Source: Klebsiella phage VB_KpP_HS106. From it: DNA of 64,000 nt. The translations under genes and the position numbers were made by a program. The stretch lies in the sequence record OP764672.1; one strand, written 5' to 3'. This document shows, piece by piece, positions 35,741 through 46,264 of this stretch (its first letter is position 1; every line of letters starts with the position of its first letter). The notes beneath the pieces were generated by a model that worked only from the letters and a program-made list of their open reading frames with translations, was not told the origin of the DNA and did no database searches.

Positions 35741-36439
35741 TTAAGCTGTTTGAGTGCCAACAACCACACCAGCAGTATCACTTGTAGGGTTGCCTTCAAA
35801 AATACGAAGTTTACCATTGGCATCTACCCAAAGGGTATATCCACCTAATTTCAACTTATTCTGTAAGTTGATAGCCTGAATTTTGACGATAGCCTCTTGA
35901 AGGCTAGTCCAAAGAGTAGTCATATCAGACAGCATCTGATTAACCTGAGTTCGGTCAACCTGGGTAGCCTGAGCATTAGTGGTGGAGGTTGCTTCACTAG
36001 CAGCAGCAGCTGTTGCAGATCCAGCAGCTTCAGTAGCACTGGTTTCAGCTTCACTTGCAGCTTCCACAGCAGCTACTTTTGCAGCAATGATTTGCTGAAG
36101 GATAGTATCCGCATACTTATCATTTGAATCAGCTTTAGTGACGATCAAGTCTTCAAAAGCAACAGGATAGTCTACAGCAGGGACATAGAATAAAAACTGC
36201 CCTGGCATTGACTCATCATCATCTGAATACGTTAAATAGTATGGATAGGGTAAAGGCCACAGAGCCATGGCAATATAGCCTTGGTTATCTGTTTTAAATA
36301 CCATTTCCGTATCTTCAACAATACCTGCAAAACCAGACCAGAACCCTGCACGTAAAGGCTTGACTGTCACACAGGTGTTAGTCATTGGGGTTCCGTTAGG
36401 ATTTTTCAGGTAAAGGTTAACTTGTGTAGTGTTACTCAT
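35741..36439 (-). CDS. Tail fibre-associated protein (232 aa)
   Basis: First gene of the minus-strand tail module. Ala/Ser/Thr-rich linker. Confidence 0.4.
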   Translation of the reverse strand: MSNTTQVNLYLKNPNGTPMTNTCVTVKPLRAGFWSGFAGIVEDTEMVFKTDNQGYIAMALWPLPYPYYLTYSDDDESMPGQFLFYVPAVDYPVAFEDLIVTKADSNDKYADTILQQIIAAKVAAVEAASEAETSATEAAGSATAAAASEATSTTNAQATQVDRTQVNQMLSDMTTLWTSLQEAIVKIQAINLQNKLKLGGYTLWVDANGKLRIFEGNPTSDTAGVVVGTQTA

Positions 36440-36528
36440 ATGTAACCCCCTATAGAAAGATTCCCTAGATAGTAAACTATTTTAGGATCAATGGGCAGAT
36501 AGTGCCCTTAATTAACTGAGGACTCAAA

Positions 36529-37287
36529 ATGACTCAACAAGTCGCTGAATACATCGATCACATGGGAGATGATCAACGTGTAGTAGATGTAGCTCGTATC
36601 TCATTTGGCCCCCTGAAGAAGGTAACTACCCCTAAACAGGATGCCAGTCTTATCCGTTTTCTGGCTAATGGTGTAACCAGTAAGGATAAAGAAACAATCC
36701 TTAATCTCATTGCTACTGGTTTTGACCGTGAAGACTATAATGGTATCGGTGATGCTGAGGAGCTGTATAATCAGATCCGTCATCAGGCTGTACACTGGAC
36801 ACCATTCGCCCATACTGCAATCACGTTGCGTATGAAGGCTCCAATTCCTATTCGTACCCAGTGCTTCAAGCATAAACAGGGTCTGGTTGAGAATGAGGAA
36901 TCTCGTCGTTACATCAGTGTTACTCCTGAGATCTTTATCCCTGAATTCCGACAGAAACCAGAAGGCTCAATCAAGCAGGGCAGTGCTGGTATCCATAAAG
37001 CAAATGACTTCTGGAAAGGTGTATACAAAGAAGCTACAAACAGAGCTGTGGGTACTTATATGAACATGCTTGAAGATGGCATTGCTCCTGAGCAAGCACG
37101 TTTCGTACTGCCTCAAGGTGCCATGGTTAACTGGATTTGGACAGGTAACCTGTTAGCCTTTGCTAACTTCTTCAACAAGCGATCTGATTCCCATGCACAG
37201 CAGGAAATTCAGGATCTGGCCCATGCTGTAGCAGCTATTGTGGAACCTCTGTTCCCGGTTAGCTGGGCAGCACTCACCAAGTCATAA
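36529..37287 (+). CDS. thyX: Flavin-dependent thymidylate synthase ThyX
   Basis: NFFNKRSDSHAQQEIQDLAHAVAAIV matches T. maritima ThyX [26 protein letters not shown]. Confidence 0.85.
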   Translation: MTQQVAEYIDHMGDDQRVVDVARISFGPLKKVTTPKQDASLIRFLANGVTSKDKETILNLIATGFDREDYNGIGDAEELYNQIRHQAVHWTPFAHTAITLRMKAPIPIRTQCFKHKQGLVENEESRRYISVTPEIFIPEFRQKPEGSIKQGSAGIHKANDFWKGVYKEATNRAVGTYMNMLEDGIAPEQARFVLPQGAMVNWIWTGNLLAFANFFNKRSDSHAQQEIQDLAHAVAAIVEPLFPVSWAALTKS

Positions 37288-37373
37288 TGGTTAAATAACC
37301 AGATTACAGAATCCGGGGAAGTGAGTTATGCTCACTACCCTTTTCAACCAACTCAATATTCTTTGGGTAAATT

Positions 37374-38438
37374 ATGACTAAACCTCTCTCACGTATAGAG
37401 ACTCCAACAGAGTCTTACGTCATCGACTACCCCCAAGCTATCGAAGCAGCCACCAGCCAGATGGCTATATTCTGGCCTGCTGAAGAACTGGGTGTAGAGG
37501 AAGACGTTGGTGATTTCCATAACAAGCTAACTGAAGGTGAACGTGAAGGTATCCTCACTCTCCAAACTGTTCTGACTCAGTATGAGTTAATGATCGGTGG
37601 TGAAGAGATGTGGGGTGGACGTATTCAACGTCTATTCCCTCGCCCTCACATTCAACGTGCCTGTGCTGTATTCGCTATGGTTGAACTGAACTCTCATGCC
37701 CCATTCTATGATCTGATTAATCAGTCATTGGATCTGGCTACAGATGAGTTCTATACCACCTGGAAGCGTGATGAAGATCTATCCAAGCATATTGCATGGA
37801 TAGATGAACAAGCGTCTTCTGGTGATGCTCTGGAAGCTACAGCAGCATTAGCATTCCTTGAAGGTGTGATGTTGTTCTCAGCATTTGCATTCTTTAAATC
37901 ATTCAGCCGTCCTGGCTTTAAGTTGATCCCCCACTTTGTGGCAGGTATCGACGGTTCAGCCAAAGATGAGAACTATCACAGCATGTTCTCTGCCTGGCTT
38001 CATAACACCTGTAAAAAGGAACGTATTGAAGCTGGCAATATGGATGAAGCCAAACAAGAAGCATTAGCTGATGCTATCTGGAAGATGGCTAAAGATGTTC
38101 ATGATCATGAGTTCGCTATGATCGAACGTATCTTTGCCAAGGCTCCTGAAACCATCCGTGTAGTAACCAAAGAAGAAATGCAGCACTTCATTCGTGATCG
38201 GGTGAACGTGGTGCTTAATCGTCTGGGTATGCCGAACATGTTCGAGCAAGAGTCAGGCGTTATTTCCAGCTGGTTCTATACCTCCTTGTCTTCCTATAAG
38301 TTTGCAGATTTCTTTGCTGGTACTCAGTTGCAGTACACCCGTAACTGGGCCAAGCATAAACTGGGCTTTAACCAGAACTTAGCTAATGAGCTAATTGGTG
38401 CCCGTGATCTGTCAGCCTTATTGAAACCAGGAGAGTAA
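37374..38438 (+). CDS. nrdB: Ribonucleotide reductase small (beta) subunit
   Basis: AFLEGVMLFSAFAFF and ENYHS di-iron/radical-site motifs. Confidence 0.75.
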   Translation: MTKPLSRIETPTESYVIDYPQAIEAATSQMAIFWPAEELGVEEDVGDFHNKLTEGEREGILTLQTVLTQYELMIGGEEMWGGRIQRLFPRPHIQRACAVFAMVELNSHAPFYDLINQSLDLATDEFYTTWKRDEDLSKHIAWIDEQASSGDALEATAALAFLEGVMLFSAFAFFKSFSRPGFKLIPHFVAGIDGSAKDENYHSMFSAWLHNTCKKERIEAGNMDEAKQEALADAIWKMAKDVHDHEFAMIERIFAKAPETIRVVTKEEMQHFIRDRVNVVLNRLGMPNMFEQESGVISSWFYTSLSSYKFADFFAGTQLQYTRNWAKHKLGFNQNLANELIGARDLSALLKPGE

Positions 38439-38440
38439 GC

Positions 38441-40171
38441 ATGTCGTTTAAACCTACAGGAGTAGAGACTTCAGTCGCTACTGAGTTCGAAGCACTTAGT
38501 GCCGAGCGTAAGAAGTTACAAGCACAGGGTTTACTCCCTGATTGGTATACAACTCAAGCATGGCAAATGTTCAAGAGTAAGTACATCGTCGAAAGTGAAG
38601 GCTCATTAAGAGCACGTCACCAGAAGATTGCACACACTCTGGCACGTCATGTACCACAGCTTTATCGTGGTGAGCTTGAGAAAGCATTCTTTGATCTTAT
38701 GTGGAATGGCATCTTGTCACCTGCTACACCAGCACTGGCTAATACAGGAACTGATCGTGGTATGCCTGTGTCCTGCTCTGGGCAGGTAGTGGCAGATAGC
38801 ATTGATGGTTTCTACTCAGCCTTAAGAGAGACTGCAATCCTGTCCAAATATGGATTTGGTACTTCAGCAGACTTCTCGGATATTCGTCCTCGTGGTGCCA
38901 AGATCAGCACTGGTGGCGTTGCCAATGGTGCTAAAGAAGTTATTGATGACTTCTTCACTTGTACCAGTAAGGTAAGCCAGGGTGGTAACAGACGTGGTTC
39001 TGTTGGTGCTTACCTCGATATCGAGCATGGGGATTTCTATGAGTGCCTTAACTCATTAAAGACCGATCCCAATGGCAAGAACTATGGCTGGATCATTAAA
39101 GATTGTTTCACTGAGAAACTGAAAGCTGGGGATGCAGAAGCAAACCAGCGATTCGAAGATGCTGTGCATGTCAAAATGCTGACAGGTAAAGGTTATCTGT
39201 ACTTCATCGACAAGGCTAACCGCCATCGTCCTGCAATGTACAAAGACCGTGACCTGATGCTTAAGGCAAGCAACCTGTGTACCGAAATAATGCTGCATTC
39301 ATCCAAGGATCTGACCTATAGCTGTATCCTGTCCTCACTGAACCTGGTTCACTGGGATAAGATTAAAACCAGTAAGGCAGTATTCTATTCCACTATCTTC
39401 CTGGACTGCTTGTGCTCAGAGTTCATCGAAGTTAGTGATGGTATTGAAGGCTTAGAGAAAGTACGAGACTTCACCATCAAAGGCCGAGCAATTGGCTTAG
39501 GTGTAATGGGACTCAGTACTTATTTCCAGTCGAAACGTATCCCTTACGAGTCACTGGAAGCTCAGTTTATCGATCAGGAGATCTTCAAGCATATCCATGA
39601 TGAAAGCCTCAAAGCTTCTCAGTGGATGGCTGAAGTCATGGGTGAACCAGAGTGGTGTAAAGGCCATGGTGTACGTAACACTCACCGTACAGCCATTGCA
39701 CCTACTAAGAGTACAGCCCTGTTAATGGGTGGTGTATCTGAATCCTGGTTCCCGGATCCTGGAATGGTATTCGAAGCCAGCTCTGCTGCTGGGCAACTCA
39801 GTCGCATCGTGCCTGAGATCTACAAACTCATGCAGGAGCGTGGAGTTTACTCAGCAGAAACCATAGACGATATCATTAACCATGTAGGCTCAGTACAACA
39901 CGTTGACTGGCTTAATGACCATGAGAAGCAGGTATTTAAGACTGCCTTTGAAATGGATCAACGAGTCCTGTTACGTCGTGCCAGCCTACGTCAGAAACAT
40001 ATCTGCCAAGGTCAGTCACTGAACTTCTTCGTACCTGAAGATGGCTCAGAAGATCTGATCTCAGAGTTAATGACCCGTTGTGTACTGGATGAAGAAATCC
40101 TGTCTGTTTACTACGTCTACTCACGAAGTGGTGTGGTTGTTAAGGATGAATGCTTAAGCTGCCAAGCTTAA
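38441..40171 (+). CDS. nrdA: Ribonucleotide reductase large (alpha) subunit (short form, no obvious ATP cone)
   Basis: Active-site motif NLCTEI. Confidence 0.75.
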   Translation: MSFKPTGVETSVATEFEALSAERKKLQAQGLLPDWYTTQAWQMFKSKYIVESEGSLRARHQKIAHTLARHVPQLYRGELEKAFFDLMWNGILSPATPALANTGTDRGMPVSCSGQVVADSIDGFYSALRETAILSKYGFGTSADFSDIRPRGAKISTGGVANGAKEVIDDFFTCTSKVSQGGNRRGSVGAYLDIEHGDFYECLNSLKTDPNGKNYGWIIKDCFTEKLKAGDAEANQRFEDAVHVKMLTGKGYLYFIDKANRHRPAMYKDRDLMLKASNLCTEIMLHSSKDLTYSCILSSLNLVHWDKIKTSKAVFYSTIFLDCLCSEFIEVSDGIEGLEKVRDFTIKGRAIGLGVMGLSTYFQSKRIPYESLEAQFIDQEIFKHIHDESLKASQWMAEVMGEPEWCKGHGVRNTHRTAIAPTKSTALLMGGVSESWFPDPGMVFEASSAAGQLSRIVPEIYKLMQERGVYSAETIDDIINHVGSVQHVDWLNDHEKQVFKTAFEMDQRVLLRRASLRQKHICQGQSLNFFVPEDGSEDLISELMTRCVLDEEILSVYYVYSRSGVVVKDECLSCQA

Positions 40172-40228
40172 GTGTTTTGTGGGGTGCCCTTCCGGGCACT
40201 CTATGAATTCTTTGCAAAGGAAATCCAA

Positions 40229-40708
40229 ATGAACAAAAAGCATTTAAAACGGGATCTGAAGTATGCCCAAGCAGCACTTCATGATGCTAAAAACTGTTTG
40301 AAAATGTCTGTTGCTGAAAGGAAAAAAGCATTCTGGAGATCTCAGGTTAAAAATTATGAGATCCAAGTAGTTGAACTTACTGCACAGCTTGGAGCCCTTA
40401 AACCTAAACCAGCAGGTAAAACAGTCAGTGCCCCTAAGGTACTGCTGGCAGCTGCTGGCCATTTAGAGGATCGTGCAGTCACCTATGACAATGCTCAAGG
40501 TGAACGTTCCATTCCGTTGGTCATTGAGCTGTTCAATAAGATTCGCGGTAAGGATCTTACCCCGGCTGATGGGTGGCTCATTCAAGTCCTACTGAAAATC
40601 GTCCGGGCAAACCAGGGTGATTTTAAGCTGGATAACTTTGAAGATCTGGCAGCATATGCAGCCTTGTGGGGTGAGGAATCAGCTAATGATTTACACAAAC
40701 AACACTAA
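40229..40708 (+). CDS. Hypothetical protein
   Basis: ATG with AAGGAAA RBS. Confidence 0.45.
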   Translation: MNKKHLKRDLKYAQAALHDAKNCLKMSVAERKKAFWRSQVKNYEIQVVELTAQLGALKPKPAGKTVSAPKVLLAAAGHLEDRAVTYDNAQGERSIPLVIELFNKIRGKDLTPADGWLIQVLLKIVRANQGDFKLDNFEDLAAYAALWGEESANDLHKQH

Positions 40709-41660
40709 GATCCCGTTATCTATGGCAGTGTTCCTGGCTACTGATCACTATGATTATATCCCTGGAACCTTCTCAGCAACCAAACTACTGAAGCCAATTC
40801 GTCAGTTGATCCTAACTCCCCGTGTTCCTCCAGAGCTGCAAACAGCTGACCTGGAAGACCTCGTAGCTTCTCGTATGGGTACAGCCATTCACTCAGGTAT
40901 CGAACTGGCTTGGTCACCTGAAAACTTCCCTAAAGCTATGGAGAAGTTAGGCTACTCACCTGACCTGATTGCCAAGGTTAAGGTGAACCCTAAGCCATGG
41001 GAACTGAAGGCCGGGGATATTCCAGTGTACATGGAAATCCGATCTGAGAAAGAAGTCATGGGTTACCGTGTTACTGGTAAGTTTGACTTCGTAGGTAATG
41101 GTGCCTTAGAGGACTTTAAGTCCACTTCAACCTTCAGCTATATGAAGGGTAGTAAGGATCTGGACTATGCCCTGCAAGGTAGTATCTATCGCTGGCTTAA
41201 TCCAGATATCATTACTAAAGATGTAATGTCTATCCAGTTTATCTTTACTGACTGGCAGCGTGCTCAAGCCAGAGCTAACCCTAACTACCCACAGCGTAAG
41301 ACTGAAACCAAACGTTATCAGTTGCTCTCTCTGGAAGAAACTCAGAAGTATGTTGAAGGTCGTATTGCCCTGTATGAGAAGTATAAACAGGCTAAAGACG
41401 AAGACATTCCTGAGTGTACTGACGAGGAGTTGTGGCGTGATGCTCCGGTCTGGAAGTACTACAAGAACCCAGCCAACATGACCCGATCAACCAAAAACTT
41501 TGACACTGAGGCTGAAGCTTACAAGCGTCTGGCTGATGATGGCAACGTGGGTATGATCGTGCATAACCCTGGTCAAGTTAAAGCTTGTGCATACTGCCCA
41601 GCCTTTCCAATCTGTAAACAAAAAGATGAGCTAATTCGTTCTGGTCATCTCGAAGTATAA
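40686..41660 (+). CDS. PD-(D/E)xK nuclease with C-terminal Cas4/AddB-like Fe-S cysteine cluster (C...CxxCx5C)
   Basis: GKFDFV...LEDFKS and CAYCPAFPIC. GAGGAA RBS. Confidence 0.55.
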   Translation: MIYTNNTKIPLSMAVFLATDHYDYIPGTFSATKLLKPIRQLILTPRVPPELQTADLEDLVASRMGTAIHSGIELAWSPENFPKAMEKLGYSPDLIAKVKVNPKPWELKAGDIPVYMEIRSEKEVMGYRVTGKFDFVGNGALEDFKSTSTFSYMKGSKDLDYALQGSIYRWLNPDIITKDVMSIQFIFTDWQRAQARANPNYPQRKTETKRYQLLSLEETQKYVEGRIALYEKYKQAKDEDIPECTDEELWRDAPVWKYYKNPANMTRSTKNFDTEAEAYKRLADDGNVGMIVHNPGQVKACAYCPAFPICKQKDELIRSGHLEV

Positions 41661-41668
41661 GGACAAGT

Positions 41669-43828
41669 ATGATCTCCATCAAACCAGTGAGTGAGATGAA
41701 ATATCATCCCACCAGTGAGAAGATCGTTGATTTTCTCAATGCTAAAACCCTTAACGAAGAACGACTCTTTTTCAGGGTAGTTCTGGCTTACTACTGGGGT
41801 GTAATGGCCTCGTCTATGCGAGCAGTCATTAAAGGGTATGATCGTAACGATCTGCCTATCAATATCTACGCTCTGAACCTGTCTCCATCAGGTACTGGTA
41901 AAGGCTATTCCACCAGCCTGATCGAACGTGAATTGCTTGCAGGATTCCGTGAACGATTCCTGGAAGTAACTTTCCCTACAGTAGCTGAACAGAACATGTT
42001 TGAGCTTGCTCAGAAACGTGCTCAACGTAAATCCACAGCATCTAATCTGGTTGATCCAGAGGATGAGCTGGAAAAGGTACGTAAAGAGTTTGAAAGCTTA
42101 GGCAGCTTGCTGTTTAGCTTTGACTCTGCAACTACCCCAGCTGTTAAGCAAATGCGTCATAAGCTTCTTATGGGCAATGCTGGTGGTGTGAATTTACAGA
42201 TCGATGAAATCGGTGCAAACCTAGTAGGTCAGACTGAGGTACTGGATACATTCCTGGAACTCTATGACCTTGGTTTAGTAAAAGATAAGTTGATCAAGTC
42301 ATCTGCTGAAAACGTTCGCCACGAGAAACTTGTGGGTGGTACACCAACTAACATGTTGTTGTTTGGTACACCAACCAAGTTGTTTGATGGAGATGTAACT
42401 GAAAAGCGTTTGTATGACATGCTGGAAATGGGGTATGCACGTCGTTGTCACTTTGGATTCCTGCTTAAAGCTAAGAAACCAGAAGGGATAACTGCTGACG
42501 ATATCCTGAAACAAATGTTTGATGCCAATGCTGATACCTTCATCACTGATCTGGGTAAAAAACTGGAGAAGCTTGCAGACATTTCCAACCTGCGAAAAGC
42601 TATCACCATCCCTCGTGATGTGCTGAAAAATATCATCCAGTATCGTCTGGACTGTGAAGCCAAAAGCAAACAGTACAACGAGTATCAAACCATTCAGAAA
42701 AGTGAAATGGAGAACCGGTTCTTCAAATGCATGAAATTGGCTGCTGCCTATGCCTTTGTCGATGGTTCACCTGTGCTCTCTCAGGATCACCTGGAGAATG
42801 CCATTAAGCTTACTGAAGAATGTGGTGAAGCCTTTGCCAAGCTGCTTACGCCTGAACGTAACTATGCCAAGTTGGCTAAGTATTTAGCTGATGTGGGCAC
42901 AGACGTTACCCTGGCTGACATGGATGAGGATCTGCCTTACTTCCGTGGTGGTAAAAACCAGAAGGATGAGATGATTAACCTGGCTATTGCCTATGGTTAT
43001 AAAAACAACATCATTGTGAAGCGAAGCTACACTGATGGCATCTTATTCCTGAGTGGTGAATCTCTGAAACCAACTAACCTTGATGAGATGATCTTGTCAT
43101 ACAGCAAGGATTTAACCACTGGTTTCGTACCTAAAGACGTACCATTCGATCAACTGCACAGACTGGTAAATCAGCCTGATCTTCACTGGCTGACCCATAA
43201 AGTGATGAACGGTTATCGTAATGAAGAGAATGCCATTCCTGGCTTTAACCTTCTGGTTATTGATGTGGATGGAACCTGTCAGCTGTCGACAGCTAAGTTA
43301 CTGCTGAAAGACTATAAGGCTCTGTATTACACCACTAAACGACATACCGAAGAAACTAACCGTTTCCGTATCATTCTGCCTATCAACTATGAGCTGAAGC
43401 TGGATGCCAAAGACTACAAGGAGTTTTATAACAACGTCCTTGAAGGCTTGCCATTTGAAGCTGATGACTCTTGTGCTCACCGTTCTAAGAAATGGTTAAC
43501 GCACAAAGGGCATTATGAGTATACGGATGGCCAGCTATTCGATGTACTCCCCTTCATTCCTAAAACCAGTAAGAACGAGGATCGTAAGCAAATGCTTACT
43601 GATCAACATCAACTGGATAATTTGGAACGTTGGGTACTTAACAACACTGGTGATGGTAACCGGAATAAGCAGTTGTTCAACTATGCCATGGTACTGGTAG
43701 ATGCAGGATTCTCTCTGGATCGTATCAGAAGCCAGGTGAAGGATCTGAACAACAAGCTTCCCGGTAAGCTGGACGAAAGTGAGATTGATGGCAGCATCAT
43801 GCTCACCATTGCCAAGAAAGTTAAGTAA
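41669..43828 (+). CDS. Replication protein: N-terminal P-loop NTPase and C-terminal primase-polymerase-like domain
   Basis: NLSPSGTGKGYS P-loop. FNLLVIDVDG. Confidence 0.5.
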   Translation: MISIKPVSEMKYHPTSEKIVDFLNAKTLNEERLFFRVVLAYYWGVMASSMRAVIKGYDRNDLPINIYALNLSPSGTGKGYSTSLIERELLAGFRERFLEVTFPTVAEQNMFELAQKRAQRKSTASNLVDPEDELEKVRKEFESLGSLLFSFDSATTPAVKQMRHKLLMGNAGGVNLQIDEIGANLVGQTEVLDTFLELYDLGLVKDKLIKSSAENVRHEKLVGGTPTNMLLFGTPTKLFDGDVTEKRLYDMLEMGYARRCHFGFLLKAKKPEGITADDILKQMFDANADTFITDLGKKLEKLADISNLRKAITIPRDVLKNIIQYRLDCEAKSKQYNEYQTIQKSEMENRFFKCMKLAAAYAFVDGSPVLSQDHLENAIKLTEECGEAFAKLLTPERNYAKLAKYLADVGTDVTLADMDEDLPYFRGGKNQKDEMINLAIAYGYKNNIIVKRSYTDGILFLSGESLKPTNLDEMILSYSKDLTTGFVPKDVPFDQLHRLVNQPDLHWLTHKVMNGYRNEENAIPGFNLLVIDVDGTCQLSTAKLLLKDYKALYYTTKRHTEETNRFRIILPINYELKLDAKDYKEFYNNVLEGLPFEADDSCAHRSKKWLTHKGHYEYTDGQLFDVLPFIPKTSKNEDRKQMLTDQHQLDNLERWVLNNTGDGNRNKQLFNYAMVLVDAGFSLDRIRSQVKDLNNKLPGKLDESEIDGSIMLTIAKKVK

Positions 43829-43897
43829 TTGTGTGTTGGGGAACTTCCGTTCCCTTTGTGGGTTTGCCCCTTCGGGGGCATTTCAAAAGAGGTAATT

Positions 43898-44629
43898 ATG
43901 TCCGAACAAATCAGCGTTAATGACAACCTGGTGCTGCTTGTAGGTAAATCAGCAAGTGGTAAATCGCGTTCACTGAAGAACCTGAAGAACCCGGAAGGTG
44001 TGCTGTACCTTAACTGTGAATCAGGTAAAAAGCTGCCTTTCAAATCAGGCTTCATAGAACGTACCATTGCACATTGGAGTGTACTCCCTAAAGCTTTTCA
44101 GTGGGCTGAAACCCAACCGAATATTCACACCATTGTAGTCGATTCACTGACGTACTACATGGATATGGTAGAGAGCCAGCTCGTACTTACTAGCTCAAAT
44201 ACCCAAGCTGCATGGGGCCAATTTGCCCAGCAGTTCAAACACCTGATGCAGGTGCTGGTAGCCACGTCTACCAAGAATGTGATCTTCTTAGCTCACACGA
44301 AGGATGAAGTTAACGATGACATGGTTCGTGAAACCTGTGTACCTGTTAAAGGGGCACTGAAGAACCAGGGTATTGAGTCATACTTCAGTCTGGTTATTGC
44401 CTGTAAGAAAGTGAAGCTTACGGATCTGGAAGATTACCAGAACGGATTACTTCACATTAACGAGCGTGAGGAGATGCTCGGGTACAAGCATGTTTACCAG
44501 ACCCAGGTTACTAAGAACACCATTAACGAGCGTTTACGTGGCCCAGAGGACTTATTTGATATCAAGGAAACCTTCATCGATAATGACATGCAGTTGGTCT
44601 TAGACCGTTTGCATGAGTATTACGCATGA
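43898..44629 (+). CDS. P-loop ATPase (AAA_24/Sak4-like)
   Basis: Walker A LLVGKSASGKS. AAGAGGTAA RBS at the internal ATG. Confidence 0.5.
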   Translation: MSEQISVNDNLVLLVGKSASGKSRSLKNLKNPEGVLYLNCESGKKLPFKSGFIERTIAHWSVLPKAFQWAETQPNIHTIVVDSLTYYMDMVESQLVLTSSNTQAAWGQFAQQFKHLMQVLVATSTKNVIFLAHTKDEVNDDMVRETCVPVKGALKNQGIESYFSLVIACKKVKLTDLEDYQNGLLHINEREEMLGYKHVYQTQVTKNTINERLRGPEDLFDIKETFIDNDMQLVLDRLHEYYA

Positions 44630-45156
44630 AAATTCCTAAAGAAGATCTCACCCTTGAAATGCTTGAGAAGGTACTAAAATATGATGCTCTTACTGGACAT
44701 CTTACTTGGATTAGCAAGTCTTGTAATAAGAGAATTGTTATCGGTAGTCGCGCTGGGAGTCTCCACAAGGCTAGCGGCTACCGCCATATAACAATCTTCG
44801 GCACTACCTATGGAGAGCATATCATCTGTTACTACATGTATAACAGGCAGTGGCCTAAAGGGCATGTAGACCACGATAACCATATTCGTGATGACAACAG
44901 AGCAGTAAATCTGAAAGACACTACGATGCTTCAGAATATGCGAAACAGGGGTGCTATCAGCAATACCATTACTGGTCACCAAGGTATTTGGTATTGCAAA
45001 CGTCGTGATCGCTATGTGGCAGAAATCACGATGAACCGTAAGAAGGTATGGCAACGTACCTTCAAGACAGCTAACGAAGCAGCTATCTGCCGGGCTGAAA
45101 AATTAATTGAATTAGGTTTCCATGAAAACCATGGCCTAGAAACAAAAGGTAACTAA
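44626..45156 (+). CDS. HNH homing endonuclease (second copy)
   Basis: HVDHDNHIRDDNRAVNL. ATGA-coupled. Confidence 0.7.
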   Translation: MKIPKEDLTLEMLEKVLKYDALTGHLTWISKSCNKRIVIGSRAGSLHKASGYRHITIFGTTYGEHIICYYMYNRQWPKGHVDHDNHIRDDNRAVNLKDTTMLQNMRNRGAISNTITGHQGIWYCKRRDRYVAEITMNRKKVWQRTFKTANEAAICRAEKLIELGFHENHGLETKGN

Positions 45157-45157
45157 C

Positions 45158-45898
45158 ATGTCTTATTTTGATTTTAACTATGATGCAGAAAAAGCAGTAG
45201 AAAAAGATACCCTGGGCACTGGTATGCGCATTCGTGACACTGACGTCTATCCGGGCATCATCAAACTGGCTTACATCACCAAGTCGGAAAAGTCCAAAGC
45301 TCAAGCCATGAACATCGAATTCGAAGATGATCACGGCATCTACAAAGAGCAGATCTGGTTCATGAACGGTCAGGGTAAAGTCGTCAATGACAAAGGCGAA
45401 TACACCAAAAACTTCCTGAAAGCTAACTCGATCTGTCTGCTGGCCTGCGGTAAGCCTCTGGTTAAACTGGAACCAGAAACCAAGACCATCAACCTGTATA
45501 ACTTCGAGAAGAAAGCCGAAGTTCCGACTGATGTTCCTATGCTGGTAGATCTGTGCGGTAAGCCAATCACCTTCGCTATCCAGCGTATTAAAGAGAACAA
45601 GCAGAAGAAAAATGACAGTGGCCAGTACGAGCCGATCAACGAAGCTCGTGAAATCAATGCCATTGCAAAAGTCTTCCGTAGCAAAGACGATAAGACTGAG
45701 CAGGAAATTCGTGGTAAGCAGGAAGTGGCTACTTTCAAAGATAAGTGGCTCGAAGCTAACAAAGGCCAGGTATGGGATCGCTTCAAAGAAGTGACTGGTC
45801 AGGGTAACGCTGGTGCTCCGGGTGGTAACTTTGCAGGTGCTGGCTTCAACCCAGGATCTGACAATGCCACCACTGGTGATGATCCGTTTACCATGTAA
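45158..45898 (+). CDS. Single-stranded DNA-binding protein (SSB-like: Gly/Asn-rich tail ending DDPF)
   Basis: C-terminal GNAGAPGGNFAGAGFNPGSDNATTGDDPFTM resembles the SSB linker and acidic tip. Highly expressed codon usage. Confidence 0.5.
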   Translation: MSYFDFNYDAEKAVEKDTLGTGMRIRDTDVYPGIIKLAYITKSEKSKAQAMNIEFEDDHGIYKEQIWFMNGQGKVVNDKGEYTKNFLKANSICLLACGKPLVKLEPETKTINLYNFEKKAEVPTDVPMLVDLCGKPITFAIQRIKENKQKKNDSGQYEPINEAREINAIAKVFRSKDDKTEQEIRGKQEVATFKDKWLEANKGQVWDRFKEVTGQGNAGAPGGNFAGAGFNPGSDNATTGDDPFTM

Positions 45899-45905
45899 TA
45901 ACTTA

Positions 45906-45926
45906 GCCCCCTAAACCAGGGGGCTT
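45906..45926 (+). terminator. Hairpin agccccct-aaacc-agggggct without a strong T-run
   Basis: Perfect 8-bp stem after the SSB gene. Confidence 0.4.
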
Positions 45927-45940
45927 ACTCTGAGGTTACC

Positions 45941-46264
45941 ATGACCCAAGATTCAACCGTAGTACAGGATCAACCTGAAAACATTCTGCCAGTAGAGAAC
46001 CATCTTCAGTTAGGTTTCCTGGTAGCAGATTGGCATCGTAACATCGGCCATCACCTGCTGGCTGTAATCCAAGCCCCGGACGATATCGATCTTAACGTCC
46101 AATTCGATGGTGCTGATCAACCCGAGTTGATTACTGATCCTCGTGAACGTGCTTTATTTAAACTGGGTGTAGAGTATGCTCTGAACCAGTTCTTAAATCT
46201 GCCTTTCACTATGGAAGAGGATCCTAATGAAGCTCAAACTACTGGGGATGGATCCGAGCTTTAG
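45941..46264 (+). CDS. Hypothetical acidic protein
   Basis: ORF with GAGG RBS. Confidence 0.4.
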   Translation: MTQDSTVVQDQPENILPVENHLQLGFLVADWHRNIGHHLLAVIQAPDDIDLNVQFDGADQPELITDPRERALFKLGVEYALNQFLNLPFTMEEDPNEAQTTGDGSEL

